In this document: piece after piece, positions 28,271 through 38,377 of the stretch
Layout: every line of letters begins with the position of its first letter
Position numbering within the stretch: position 1 is the first letter of the stretch
Origin: Bacteroidota bacterium
GTDB taxonomy: Bacteria > Bacteroidota > Bacteroidia > Bacteroidales > F082
NCBI GenBank assembly: GCA_018816765.1
Contig: JAHIUX010000008.1
Span: 49,964 to 113,963, forward strand
Length of the DNA stretch: 64,000 bases
Reading direction: 5' to 3'
Notes under the pieces: generated by a model
What the model was told of the DNA's origin: nothing
The model's database searches: none
The model's input: only the letters and a program-made list of their open reading frames with translations
Position numbers and translations under genes: made by a program

Positions 28271-28307
28271 AAATTCCGCTCAGCGCGAACCGGAAATTCC
28301 GCTCAGC
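28271..28307. repeat. two exact 14-nt direct repeats AAATTCCGCTCAGC (period 23 nt) in the divergent intergenic region
   Basis: Copies at 28271-28284 and 28294-28307, with a partial third copy GGAAATTGC at 28262-28270. Confidence 0.8.
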
Positions 28308-28428
28308 AACACCCATTATTTCATGATTTACAAACATCGCATGACAAACTTTGATGAAGCTGATAAAACAATCACATTATCAATTTGTTATCATTGTAAA
28401 AAAAGAGTCCATGCAAAATTATTTTTTG

Positions 28429-28436
28429 TAGTTTTG
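28429..28436 (+). promoter_or_regulatory. Bacteroidota -7 promoter box (TAGTTTTG) of speA
   Basis: Exact TAnnTTTG match 78 nt upstream of the ATG at 28514. Confidence 0.35.
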
Positions 28437-28513
28437 CAAATGACTGATTGCAGCCCACTGGCGCTGTTTCAGCAAAAACAACCAGATATTCACTTATAAG
28501 CCTTTTTTATACT

Positions 28514-30406
28514 ATGAGAAAGTGGCGCATCGAAGATTCAGCAGAATTGTATAACATCAATGGGTGGGGCATCAACTATTTTTCGATCAACGAAAAGGGC
28601 AATGTCACGGTGACTCCCCGGAAAGATTGTCCGCCAATCGACCTCAAAGACCTGATTGATGAGTTGCAGTTGCGCGATGTCTCAGCCCCGGTACTGCTTA
28701 GGTTTCCTGATATCCTCGATAGCCGCATCGAACAAATGAGTTCGTGCTTCAAGGTTGCCGCCGAAGAATATGATTTCAAGGGACAGAACTTTACCGTTTA
28801 TCCCATCAAGGTCAACCAGATGCGCCCTGTGGTGGAGGAGATTGTAAGCCACGGCAAGAAGTTCAATATCGGCCTCGAAGCCGGGTCAAAACCTGAACTT
28901 CATGCAGTGATTGCCATCAACACCGACAACGACTCACTCATCATTTGCAATGGATACAAGGATGAGAGTTATATTGAGCTTGCCCTCCTTGCCCAGAAAA
29001 TGGGTAGGACCATTTTTATTGTGGTTGAAAAGCTCAATGAACTGAAACTGATTGCGCGCGTCGCCAAACGCCTGAAAGTGAAGCCAAACCTGGGCATCAG
29101 GATCAAACTGGCAAGTTCGGGCAGCGGCAAATGGGAAGATTCGGGTGGCGATGTGAGCAAGTTCGGCCTTACCTCGAGCGAGTTGCTCGAAGCCCTAGAT
29201 TACCTCGAGAAAAACAAGATGCAGGATAGCCTGCGCCTGGTGCATTTCCATATTGGAAGCCAGGTGAATAAAATCAGGCGCATTAAAATTGCCCTGCGCG
29301 AAGCAGCCCAGTTTTATGTGCAGATCCGCAAAATGGGCTTTAACATCGACTTTGTGGATGTTGGCGGCGGTTTGGGTGTCGACTACGACGGCACCCGCTC
29401 CTCTAACAGTGGCAGCAGCGTGAACTACAGCATCCAGGAATATGTGAATGACGCCACCTTTGCCATGGTCGACGCCAGCGACAAAAACGACATTCCACAT
29501 CCGAACATCATCACCGAATCAGGACGTTCGCTCACTGCCCACCACTCCGTACTGATTTTCGAGGTACTCGAATCGGCCACCTTGCCGGTTTGGGAGGATG
29601 ACGAAGAGGTGCAGCCCGACGACCATGAGTTTTTACACGAACTATACAACGCCTGGGAATCGCTGAACCAGACCACCATGCTCGAAACTTGGCATGATGC
29701 GCAGCAGATACGCGAAGAAGCCCTCGATATGTTCAGCCTGGGCATGCTCGACCTTACCACACGCGCCCGCATCGAAAGGCTGTTTTGGTCTGTTGCAAAA
29801 GAAATTCATTATATGGCAACAGAAATGAAACGCCCGCCAGAAGAGTTGTTAAACCTGCCTAAGTTGCTGTCGGATAAATATTTCTGTAATTTCTCCCTAT
29901 TTCAGTCATTGCCCGACTCATGGGCAATTGACCAGATTTTCCCCATTATTCCGATTCACAGGCTCGACGAAAAGCCTGACCGCAACGTAACCCTTCAGGA
30001 CATTACCTGCGATTCGGATGGCAAAATCGACAACTTCATCTCTACCCGTAACTTTTCTCATCACCTTCCGGTTCATTCAGTCAAGGCGCGTGAATCGTAT
30101 TATATCGGTGCGTTTCTGGTTGGTGCCTACCAGGAAATCCTGGGCGACCTGCACAACCTTTTTGGCGACACCAATGCTGTGCATGTTTCTGTCGATTCAA
30201 AAGGCTATTATATCGATCAGGTTATTGATGGTGAGACAGTTGCTGAGGTGCTCGATTATGTTCAGTACAACTCAAAAAAACTTGTACGGACGGTTGAAAC
30301 CTGGGTGATGACAGCTGTGAAAGCTGGAAAGATCACCGCGGAAGAAGGCAAGGAATTTTTATCGAATTATCGTTCTGGATTATACGGTTATACCTATCTC
30401 GAATAA
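28514..30406 (+). CDS. speA: biosynthetic arginine decarboxylase
   Basis: Start at MRKWRIEDSAELYNINGWG (typical SpeA N-terminus). YPIKVNQ (PLP lysine), HFHIGSQ, GGGLGVDYDG. About 630 aa. Confidence 0.93.
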   Translation: MRKWRIEDSAELYNINGWGINYFSINEKGNVTVTPRKDCPPIDLKDLIDELQLRDVSAPVLLRFPDILDSRIEQMSSCFKVAAEEYDFKGQNFTVYPIKVNQMRPVVEEIVSHGKKFNIGLEAGSKPELHAVIAINTDNDSLIICNGYKDESYIELALLAQKMGRTIFIVVEKLNELKLIARVAKRLKVKPNLGIRIKLASSGSGKWEDSGGDVSKFGLTSSELLEALDYLEKNKMQDSLRLVHFHIGSQVNKIRRIKIALREAAQFYVQIRKMGFNIDFVDVGGGLGVDYDGTRSSNSGSSVNYSIQEYVNDATFAMVDASDKNDIPHPNIITESGRSLTAHHSVLIFEVLESATLPVWEDDEEVQPDDHEFLHELYNAWESLNQTTMLETWHDAQQIREEALDMFSLGMLDLTTRARIERLFWSVAKEIHYMATEMKRPPEELLNLPKLLSDKYFCNFSLFQSLPDSWAIDQIFPIIPIHRLDEKPDRNVTLQDITCDSDGKIDNFISTRNFSHHLPVHSVKARESYYIGAFLVGAYQEILGDLHNLFGDTNAVHVSVDSKGYYIDQVIDGETVAEVLDYVQYNSKKLVRTVETWVMTAVKAGKITAEEGKEFLSNYRSGLYGYTYLE

Positions 30407-30410
30407 ACCC

Positions 30411-31346
30411 ATGAGGCGTGTCATCGCTTTTGGCGAAACGGTGCTTGACAAAATTTTCAGGGGCGATGAATTTATTGCTGCCTGTCCGGGTGGATCGGTT
30501 GTAAACACAGCAATTTCGCTGGCCAGATCGGGTGTTCAGGTTGAGTTGCTAACCGAAACCGGAGGTGATGAAAACGGCGGGTTTATCCGCGATTTTCTAC
30601 ACCAAAACAATATCTCACTGCGCTACTCACCCATATATTCCTCCCGCAAAACGGCTGTTGCTTTGGCCACACTGGATGAAGATGCCAGGGCAAGCTACCG
30701 CTTCGAAAAGGATTATCCCCAGCAGCGTTTCACCTGCGCTTTGCCGGTTTTAGGTGAAAATGACCTTTTTGCTTTTGGCTCCTTTTCGTCCATCGAACCT
30801 GCGCTGCAAGTGGCTGTTGAATCCCTGCTTGCTAAAGCCGGCAGGCACAACACACCCGTGTTTTATGACCCGAATATCCGTCAGCACAAGGTTAACGGAA
30901 ACGCTGCTGCCATGGCCGCCTTGCAGAGGAATTTCGCGTCGGCACAGCTGATCAGGGGGTCAGACGAGGATTTTCAGCAGATTTTTGATACTGATGAGGC
31001 ATCCGCCTTGTGGCAGGCCATTCAGCCTTCGGTATGCAGGTTGCTGGTTGTTACCCGAGGGAGTAAAGGCCTGACGGCTTTCGATGGGGTAAACGAATAT
31101 TCCCAGGAAGTAATCCCGGTTCAGGTGGTGAATACCATTGGAGCGGGTGATTCATTCAATGCGGGGATGATCGCTGCAATTTGCTACAAGGCCGCCTTGT
31201 ATGATCACCAAAAAGGCTTCGACCCTGAGTTGATCTCATTGATGCTGAAGGCAGGTATGCATTACGCTGCTGCTGTTTGCCAAAGCCACGAAAACTTCAT
31301 TGGCCAGACATCAGTCGATACGCTGACGGGAATCCTGATGAGGTAG
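30411..31346 (+). CDS. PfkB-family carbohydrate kinase (fructokinase-like)
   Basis: GGSVVNTA N-terminal motif and TIGAGDSFNAG anion-hole motif. Confidence 0.8.
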   Translation: MRRVIAFGETVLDKIFRGDEFIAACPGGSVVNTAISLARSGVQVELLTETGGDENGGFIRDFLHQNNISLRYSPIYSSRKTAVALATLDEDARASYRFEKDYPQQRFTCALPVLGENDLFAFGSFSSIEPALQVAVESLLAKAGRHNTPVFYDPNIRQHKVNGNAAAMAALQRNFASAQLIRGSDEDFQQIFDTDEASALWQAIQPSVCRLLVVTRGSKGLTAFDGVNEYSQEVIPVQVVNTIGAGDSFNAGMIAAICYKAALYDHQKGFDPELISLMLKAGMHYAAAVCQSHENFIGQTSVDTLTGILMR

Positions 31347-33776
31347 TGGTTTGTTTTTCTTGAAATATTGCCAGTCGATATAGTACAACAGTTTGATGAC
31401 AAAACTGTTGTGTGCGGGTGACAGGAAAAGGTTATGCAGGTTGTCGAAATACTTATCTTTCAGTTCAGGTGACTGGGTGTTTTCGTACACGGCGTTTTTC
31501 CAAACAAGCAATAGCTCACTTCCAGGAGCAAAATCCCATTTAAACACCATGTCAATATTGAAAGCGTTGATACTGAAATTATGGTTTTCATTGTAGGAAG
31601 AAGGGATCAATGAGCCATCAACCTGCAAATCATAGAATTCGAAGTAGTTGACCCGCAGCCAGTAATGCCGCAGGCGGAACGAAAGCGAAGTGCTGCGGCT
31701 AAATACATAGTCGGCGCTGATCGAAGTGGTAATATTTTTAACGTCCCTTCGGCCGAAAATAATCACATGTTCCAAATCCGCGTTCAGGCTGTCGGTTACA
31801 TAGCCTCTGTTATTCGAGTTAAAGTCCATTTCGAGCCTCGGACGGATCAGCAGGTGGTTGTTAAGGCGAATGCGCGGGTATATTTCGGTCCACCACGATG
31901 TCCTGTTATCCCCAAACATTGTCCACACGCCAAGGGTTAAGTCAACCAGAAATTTCTTCCTGTAATCGGGTGAACTCCAGGCATTGACATGAAAATTAGC
32001 TGGTTCACTAAACACGCGTCCCGGGACACGGGCTTCGAAGTAATCGTTGGTTTTAAAGGGTTTAACCTCAAAATTACCACCGATGGTGAGGTTGTTTGTA
32101 AATGTGGTTACATTGTTACCACCAATTTCGAACAAGCTAAATTTACGTGGATTGTAGAGATACGACAGCGATGCATAGGCGGAATTGTACATCTTAAGAA
32201 TCGTGCCGGTGGGTTCGTAAATATTGTATCTCACATTAATACCCGTTGAGAATTCGTTGTTGTTCATCAGGAATCCCATATCATTCGGATCATAGGTGTC
32301 CGATTCAATGTTCAGCCATCCATTATACTTCCATGAACCGGCAACCTGACCTGTCTGAAGGAAGATTTTGTGACCGATTGCAGGACTTGACTTTGGACCG
32401 TAATGTTGACTGACATTCACGATGCCACCGAGTTCATATCTGTTGGTGCCGTTGCGAAGCCTGAAGTCGGTTCCGCTTACATTGGCATTCGTGCCTTTTT
32501 CGGGCTGATAAACAGAGGTGTTATACACAGAGATATACGAATTGTTCTTCAGTGACTGATCAACAATGAACATATTGAAATTCGTAAAAGGCTCGGTGAG
32601 GATGTCTCTTTTCTGGCCCGTTGAGTCTTTAATGGTTGCATAGGTGTTGGCTGTCATGGCATTGAACACGCCAACTCCCAGCCCGCCGGATGTTTTTCCG
32701 GAAAGCTTTGCTGCATTGATCAATTGGGTTGATTCAGGATTGGAGATTACCTCAGCCGCACCCTGATCGCTGTATTTGCTCGAATAGCCTGAGGGTTGCG
32801 CACCTATTCTCCTCGAATAGAATACATTTCCCTTGCTGAACAACTCGGTTCCTTCGGTGAAGAAAGGCCTTTTTTCCTCGTAAAACGTTTCGAAGGGTGA
32901 AAGTGAGAAAATGCGGTTATCTGACTCAACCTGGCCAAAATCGGGTATCAGTGTCATGTCGAGCGTAAAACTCTCGCTCAGGCCGCACTTCAGGTCAAGA
33001 CCATAATTGGCAAATGTGTTCCAGCTTTCATTGCCATGATTTTCGGCGTTACCCGACAAATATGGGGTGGCGCTGAGCCGCAAGGGTGGTTTTACGTTGA
33101 TTAAACCAGTCAGTTCACCGGCTTGTGAAAGTTCACTTTTTACTTTCAGGTCGATGTAATTCCATGAGTCGAGCTCCCGCAGGCGCTGGATCGACCGGTA
33201 AAAGTTCACGCCCCACACAGGATTTTGTTGTTTGGAAAAGCGAATGGCTGAATATGGAATCATGAACTCGACAGCCCAACCGGAATCATTCACCTGAACG
33301 CTGCTGCGCCATACTGCATCCCATGTTTCATCTTCCTCACCGTCTTTATTCGTCTTAAAATCAAGTTGTACGCCCCTGGTGGTGACAAAGAAGCCAAATG
33401 AATTCAGTCCGTCGTTGTAAGGATCTATTTTCAGACCAAAATGATCGGCCATCCCGGTATCGTCGCGCCTGGTGAGCTCCAAACCAAGGCTATCGGGTTT
33501 GTTTTCTGTCATGATGGCTCCAATGTAAAGCCCTTTATTGTCATATAACACTTTGACAATGGTCGATGCACTGCCGGGTTTTCCATTGTACGGACGCACC
33601 TGAACAAAATTACCTGCAGTCTCTGCCTGCTGCCATATTGCTTCGTCCAAGGTGCCGTCGATGGCAATTTGTTGGTCGAGTCGAAAAGCTTCTAATTTCT
33701 TCTTCTCTTGAGCGAAACCTGAAACGGGCAAAAGTAATCCCGCTAGTAAGATGATTATCAAATGTTTAATGGACAT
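31311..33776 (-). CDS. large secreted protein, CBM9-like N-terminal domain plus DUF5916-like beta-rich body
   Basis: Signal peptide MSIKHLIIILLAGLLLPVSGFAQ. IAIDGTLDEAIWQQAE segment typical of CBM9/DOMON-like modules. 821 aa and beta-rich. Family assignment is from memory. Confidence 0.55.
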   Translation of the reverse strand: MSIKHLIIILLAGLLLPVSGFAQEKKKLEAFRLDQQIAIDGTLDEAIWQQAETAGNFVQVRPYNGKPGSASTIVKVLYDNKGLYIGAIMTENKPDSLGLELTRRDDTGMADHFGLKIDPYNDGLNSFGFFVTTRGVQLDFKTNKDGEEDETWDAVWRSSVQVNDSGWAVEFMIPYSAIRFSKQQNPVWGVNFYRSIQRLRELDSWNYIDLKVKSELSQAGELTGLINVKPPLRLSATPYLSGNAENHGNESWNTFANYGLDLKCGLSESFTLDMTLIPDFGQVESDNRIFSLSPFETFYEEKRPFFTEGTELFSKGNVFYSRRIGAQPSGYSSKYSDQGAAEVISNPESTQLINAAKLSGKTSGGLGVGVFNAMTANTYATIKDSTGQKRDILTEPFTNFNMFIVDQSLKNNSYISVYNTSVYQPEKGTNANVSGTDFRLRNGTNRYELGGIVNVSQHYGPKSSPAIGHKIFLQTGQVAGSWKYNGWLNIESDTYDPNDMGFLMNNNEFSTGINVRYNIYEPTGTILKMYNSAYASLSYLYNPRKFSLFEIGGNNVTTFTNNLTIGGNFEVKPFKTNDYFEARVPGRVFSEPANFHVNAWSSPDYRKKFLVDLTLGVWTMFGDNRTSWWTEIYPRIRLNNHLLIRPRLEMDFNSNNRGYVTDSLNADLEHVIIFGRRDVKNITTSISADYVFSRSTSLSFRLRHYWLRVNYFEFYDLQVDGSLIPSSYNENHNFSINAFNIDMVFKWDFAPGSELLLVWKNAVYENTQSPELKDKYFDNLHNLFLSPAHNSFVIKLLYYIDWQYFKKNKPLPHQDSRQRID

Positions 33777-33884
33777 TCAGCAAATAGACAAAAATTTTTT
33801 ATTGTGAATTGAATAACATGCCAAGCATGAAGCGAAAATAGGCATATTCTGCGATTCGCGAAATGAAATCCTGGAATTCTTAGG

Positions 33885-34391
33885 TCAAATTATTGCCTTG
33901 TAATGCGAGGTGTTTTCATCATCATAACAAACGAAGATTACTTTATCAGGCAGGCTGTTTGCAGCGAGGAATTGCTTCACTGCATTGCAGGCAATTGAAG
34001 CCGCCTGATCTTTTGGATAATGATACACACCGGTCGAAATGGCTGGAAAGGCAATGGTCATACAGCCGTGCGTCATGGCAAGTTTAAGGCTGCTGGCATA
34101 ACAGCTGGCAAGCAGTTCGGGTTCTCCATTTGAACCACCGTGCCATACAGGCCCCACCGTATGAATCACATAGGTTGCTTCAAGCCTGAAGGCAGGTGTC
34201 ATCCTGGCTTCTCCTGTCGGGCAGCCCCCGATTAAGGCACAGGCTTTCAGTAATTCCGGGCCGGCGGCCCGGTGAATGGCGCCATCGACCCCGCCACCGC
34301 CCAACAGGCTGCTGTTGGCAGCATTTACAATGGCATCGACAGCCATCTGGGTGATATCGCCTTTTATGACAGTTATGCGCGGTTCTTTCAT
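33885..34391 (-). CDS. macro-domain protein (O-acetyl-ADP-ribose deacetylase, YmdB-like)
   Basis: [39 protein letters not shown] is the canonical macro-domain signature. The ATG at 34391 shares one base with the upstream nfeD-like stop (TGATG). Confidence 0.85.
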   Translation of the reverse strand: MKEPRITVIKGDITQMAVDAIVNAANSSLLGGGGVDGAIHRAAGPELLKACALIGGCPTGEARMTPAFRLEATYVIHTVGPVWHGGSNGEPELLASCYASSLKLAMTHGCMTIAFPAISTGVYHYPKDQAASIACNAVKQFLAANSLPDKVIFVCYDDENTSHYKAII

Positions 34392-35779
34392 CAGCACTTT
34401 TTCACAAACAACTGTCCGGTCTGGTAATACACAACTTCAATGGCTTCGCCAGCATCAATGAAGCTGCTTGTAGCCGTTGCATCGTAGTATTCATCATCAA
34501 TATTGATTTTGCCGGAGGGCCTGAGCATGGTGTGTGCGATACCGCGTTTACCCACCATGTCGGCATAACCCTTTGTTGCCGAGGTAAAACCCTTGTCCTT
34601 GTCCTGGATTTTCTCGAGGGCAAGGTGCCCAAAACCGTTTGTGTCGAAGAGCTTCTTGCTGAGGTATATCGAGCCGGCCATGGCCAGAAAGACAGCGATA
34701 ATCACCGTAAAGAAAGCCCGGGAAAGCTGCATTATGTCCACACTGAACACTGAAGGTTCAACGCTTTCAACCATAGCCAGTGTAAGCCCGGTGATGATGA
34801 ACAATATCCCAAGAATGCCGGTGACACCAAAGCCGGGTATGGCAAATATTTCGATCAGCAGCAGAGCGACTCCAATTACGAAGATGATAATCTCGATGTT
34901 TGTGGCCAGCCCTTCGAGGTACAGCGGGGCAAAGTAGAGGAGTGCGGCAGTGATTGAAGCCAGCAAAGGGAAGCCAACACCTGGTGTCTGGAGTTCAAAA
35001 TATAGTCCACCGACAATCACAATTATAAGTAAACCGCTCACAACCGGGCTGATCAAAAAGTTGATCAGCACATCGAGCGGACTTAATTTGTGTTCAATGA
35101 GTTCATAATCATCAATGCCTGCAAGCTGCATCACCTGTGCGATATTCTCAGCCTGGCCTTCGCAGAAATGATTGCGTATGGCTTCGCTGGTGGTGAATGT
35201 TAACACCCTGCCTGTGTCGATTACACCCTCAATGTATATCCTGGGGTCGACCATGGCCTGGGCAATTTCAGGATCGCGTCCGGTGGCTTCGGCTGTTGAC
35301 CGCATCATCGATCGCATATACGACTGAAACTTGTCGGGCACAACCTCCCCGCTTTGGTTTACCACTGTTGCAGCGCCGATATTGGATCCGGGTGCCATAT
35401 ATATGCTGTCGCAGGCAATCGAAATCAGCGCTCCGGCCGAGGCAGCGTTGTTGTCGATGAACACAAAAACCGGAATGGGCGAATTCAGAATCTTGGTACG
35501 GATTGAATCGGCCGCATCCACCATGCCACCATAAGTGTTCATGTGGATAAGTACAAGGTCGGCCTGCTGTTCTCCGGCCTGCTGAAAAGCCTTTTGGGTT
35601 GTGCGCCAGACCGGAGGAGCAATCATTTCCTTGATGTCGAAAGTGTAAACCTTTATATGACCTTTTAAAAGCGAATTTGAGGGCTTTTCAATGCTGAGGG
35701 TATCGGCACCTAAACTGCTAAACGCGGTGGATATCAGCATCAGGAATGCCATTATCATTGGCCTGACGAAATTTTTCAT
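34391..35779 (-). CDS. NfeD-family membrane-bound serine protease (ClpP-class N-domain, C-terminal OB fold)
   Basis: Start at [17 protein letters not shown]. ClpP-like region ([10 protein letters not shown]...[12 protein letters not shown]), several TM helices, C-terminal [38 protein letters not shown]. Confidence 0.75.
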   Translation of the reverse strand: MKNFVRPMIMAFLMLISTAFSSLGADTLSIEKPSNSLLKGHIKVYTFDIKEMIAPPVWRTTQKAFQQAGEQQADLVLIHMNTYGGMVDAADSIRTKILNSPIPVFVFIDNNAASAGALISIACDSIYMAPGSNIGAATVVNQSGEVVPDKFQSYMRSMMRSTAEATGRDPEIAQAMVDPRIYIEGVIDTGRVLTFTTSEAIRNHFCEGQAENIAQVMQLAGIDDYELIEHKLSPLDVLINFLISPVVSGLLIIVIVGGLYFELQTPGVGFPLLASITAALLYFAPLYLEGLATNIEIIIFVIGVALLLIEIFAIPGFGVTGILGILFIITGLTLAMVESVEPSVFSVDIMQLSRAFFTVIIAVFLAMAGSIYLSKKLFDTNGFGHLALEKIQDKDKGFTSATKGYADMVGKRGIAHTMLRPSGKINIDDEYYDATATSSFIDAGEAIEVVYYQTGQLFVKKC

Positions 35780-35953
35780 GGCGTGGTGTTTAATGTGTAA
35801 AGGTACAAAATTCAGCGTGATCAGGATGACAGTTTCTGCTTTCCGGTATTTTTCGTTGAATTTCAATCCTTTCGCATGGCTTTCATCTTGTAGCAGGTAA
35901 CGTTCACTTAATCAGCGAAGTAGTTTTCGGGCTGTGAAGTGCCCAAAAATGGC

Positions 35954-35961
35954 TAATTTTG
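35954..35961 (+). promoter_or_regulatory. Bacteroidota -7 promoter box (TAATTTTG) of hypCDE
   Basis: Exact TAnnTTTG match 29 nt upstream of the hypC ATG at 35990. Confidence 0.4.
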
Positions 35962-35989
35962 TGGCTTCATTTGACTAATAATTGACATT

Positions 35990-36259
35990 ATGTGTTTAAG
36001 TATCCCGGCAAAAATTGAACAGATCGAAGGCGATATGGCCTTATGTACAGTAGGTGGCGCTGAATACCATGCGAGTATTCAGATGCTTGATTATGAAGAG
36101 CTTAATGTTGGGGATTATGTGCTCCTGCATACCGGATTTGCCATACAGAAAATCAGCAAAGAGGAAGCCGACGCAACGCTAAAGATATTCAACGAGTTTG
36201 AGAAACTGAATGTATCTCTCGACGAAGAGGAAATACAGACTGGAAAACGCATCGTATAA
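35990..36259 (+). CDS. hypC: hydrogenase maturation chaperone HypC/HybG/HupF family
   Basis: N-terminal MCLSIPAKI motif (essential Cys2). 89 aa. Confidence 0.9.
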   Translation: MCLSIPAKIEQIEGDMALCTVGGAEYHASIQMLDYEELNVGDYVLLHTGFAIQKISKEEADATLKIFNEFEKLNVSLDEEEIQTGKRIV

Positions 36260-36269
36260 AGTAGAAATA

Positions 36270-37358
36270 ATGAAGTATATTGACGAATACAGGGATAAGG
36301 ACAAGGTACTTTCGCTGGCGGAACTCATCAGAAAGACATCTGTAAAACCCATCCGACTGATGGAAGTTTGCGGTGGTCACACCATGTCCATACAACGTTT
36401 TGGGATTCCAAGCCTGTTACCTGAAACCATCGAACTTGTTTCCGGCCCCGGATGCCCGGTCTGTGTCACCAGCCGTTCCTTTATCGATCAGGCAATTGCT
36501 TACAGCAAGCTCGAAAATGTGATCATCACCACTTACGGTGACCTGATCCGCGTGCCTGGATCCACATCAACACTCGATAAGGAAAAAGCGGCAGGTGCCG
36601 ACATCAGGATGGTGTATTCGATTCTCGATGCCCTGAACATTGCCAAGGCAAACAAGCATAAAAAAGTAATATTTCTGGGCATTGGATTTGAAACCACCTC
36701 GCCAGCCTCAGCGGCTGGAATCATCAAGGCCCAAATGGCAGGATTGTTTAATTTTTCGGTCTTTAGCGCGCACAAGATCATGCCACCTCCGATGGCTGCA
36801 CTTATTGATGAAGGTGTGAATATCAACGGCTATATCGGTCCCGGTCATGTGAGCACCATCACGGGATCACATATTTACGACTTTATTCCGCAGAAGTACG
36901 GTCTGGGCGTGGTGATCAGCGGATTTGAACCACTTGACCTGTTACAGTCGGTGTATATGCTTGTTAAACAACATGAAACAAACAGTCCAAAAGTCGAAAT
37001 ACAATATTCAAGGGTGGTGAAGCCCGAAGGCAACGCAAAGGCGCAGGACATGCTGGATGAGGTGTTTTACCTGCGGAAAGACTGGTGGCGCGGACTGGGT
37101 GAGCTCGAAGCAAGTGGCATGGGTATCCGCGATAAATATGCTGAATTTGATGCTGAAAAGCAGTTCGATGTTGAAGTAGAGCCAACAAGGGAAGACAAGG
37201 GCTGCATATGTGGTGACATTTTGAAAGGGCTTAAGAAGCCATCTGACTGCAAATTGTTCGGAAAAGCCTGTACTCCAGCCGAACCCGTTGGTGCCTGCAT
37301 GGTTTCCAACGAAGGGGCCTGTCACGCCTACTACCGGTATAATAAGGATAGCCAATGA
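36270..37358 (+). CDS. hypD: hydrogenase maturation Fe-S protein HypD
   Basis: Start at MKYIDEYRD. EVCGGHT, GPGCPVCV, GFETTSP motifs. Confidence 0.93.
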   Translation: MKYIDEYRDKDKVLSLAELIRKTSVKPIRLMEVCGGHTMSIQRFGIPSLLPETIELVSGPGCPVCVTSRSFIDQAIAYSKLENVIITTYGDLIRVPGSTSTLDKEKAAGADIRMVYSILDALNIAKANKHKKVIFLGIGFETTSPASAAGIIKAQMAGLFNFSVFSAHKIMPPPMAALIDEGVNINGYIGPGHVSTITGSHIYDFIPQKYGLGVVISGFEPLDLLQSVYMLVKQHETNSPKVEIQYSRVVKPEGNAKAQDMLDEVFYLRKDWWRGLGELEASGMGIRDKYAEFDAEKQFDVEVEPTREDKGCICGDILKGLKKPSDCKLFGKACTPAEPVGACMVSNEGACHAYYRYNKDSQ

Positions 37359-38377
37359 TGAAGAAGAATGATAAAATATTGCTGGGACATGGGAGCGGAG
37401 GGCGTTTGTCGCACGAGCTGATCCGCGATCTGTTTGTAAAACACTTTTCGAACCCAACCCTGATTAAGCAATCTGATGCAGCGCTTTTGCAACTCGGATC
37501 AACACATGTGGCAATGACAACCGATGCCTTTGTTGTCGACCCGTTGTTTTTCCCCGGAGGCAATATCGGAAACCTGGCCATTGCAGGAACAGTGAACGAT
37601 CTAAGCGTTTCAGGCGCGATTCCTCGTTACCTTAGCGCTTCCTTTATCATCGAAGAAGGTTTGCCCTTTGAAGCGCTGGAACAGGTAGTGATCACTATGG
37701 CCGAAGAAGCCCGGAAAGCGTCAGTTGAGATTGTTACCGGCGACACCAAGGTTGTCGACAGGGGAAAATGCGATAAGCTCTTCATCAACACTACGGGTAT
37801 CGGAGAAATTCGGGCAGGGGCAGGCAACATTGCTTCAGGTGACCTGATCAAAGCAGGCGACAAAATCCTGGTCAATGGGTTTATTGGTGACCATGGCATG
37901 GCAGTCATGAGCGCGCGCAACCAGCTGCACATCAAGGCTCCTGTTGAGTCTGACTGTGCCTGCCTGAATGGCCTCATTGACCATGTTTTTAATGCAACTG
38001 GGGAGGTGCACTTTATGCGCGACGCCACCAGGGGAGGTGTCGGCACAGTAATGGCAGAAATCGTAGCTTCAAGGCCATGGGGCATTCAGTTGTTTGAGGC
38101 TGAAATTCCAATCAGGCAAGCTGTTCGCGGAATATGCGAATTGCTTGGTTTTGATCCGCTTTATGTTGCCAATGAAGGAAAGGTGGTCATGGTGGTTGAT
38201 GGTGCTTTCGCCGATAAAGTATTGCAACAGCTTAAAAGTCATCCGCTTGGGCAAGATGCCGCCATCATTGGTGAAGTTGTGGAGCGGCATCCCGGCAAAA
38301 CCTGGTTGCAGACCAGCATTGGCGGTAACCGCATCGTGGACATGCCTGCCGGTGAACAACTTCCCCGAATCTGCTAA
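37355..38377 (+). CDS. hypE: hydrogenase maturation carbamoyl dehydratase HypE
   Basis: LGHGSGG N-terminus, PurM-like fold motifs, C-terminal PRIC (modified Cys). 4-nt overlap with hypD. Confidence 0.93.
   Translation: MMKKNDKILLGHGSGGRLSHELIRDLFVKHFSNPTLIKQSDAALLQLGSTHVAMTTDAFVVDPLFFPGGNIGNLAIAGTVNDLSVSGAIPRYLSASFIIEEGLPFEALEQVVITMAEEARKASVEIVTGDTKVVDRGKCDKLFINTTGIGEIRAGAGNIASGDLIKAGDKILVNGFIGDHGMAVMSARNQLHIKAPVESDCACLNGLIDHVFNATGEVHFMRDATRGGVGTVMAEIVASRPWGIQLFEAEIPIRQAVRGICELLGFDPLYVANEGKVVMVVDGAFADKVLQQLKSHPLGQDAAIIGEVVERHPGKTWLQTSIGGNRIVDMPAGEQLPRIC

Noticed and set aside
28262-28307. Direct repeats considered as a minimal CRISPR-like or mobile-element terminal repeat
   Set aside because: There are only two full 14-nt copies with a 9-nt spacer, and no cas or transposase genes. 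A regulatory site fits better.
33885-34391. Macro-domain protein as a DarG-type antitoxin or other defence component
   Set aside because: No DarT-like (DUF4433) or other toxin gene is adjacent. The size and motifs match housekeeping YmdB-type deacetylases.
35867-35989. Possible Rex half-site (TGTGAA at about 35933) upstream of hypC
   Set aside because: The right half (CCAAAAA) does not match TTCACAA. A single half-site is too weak to call.
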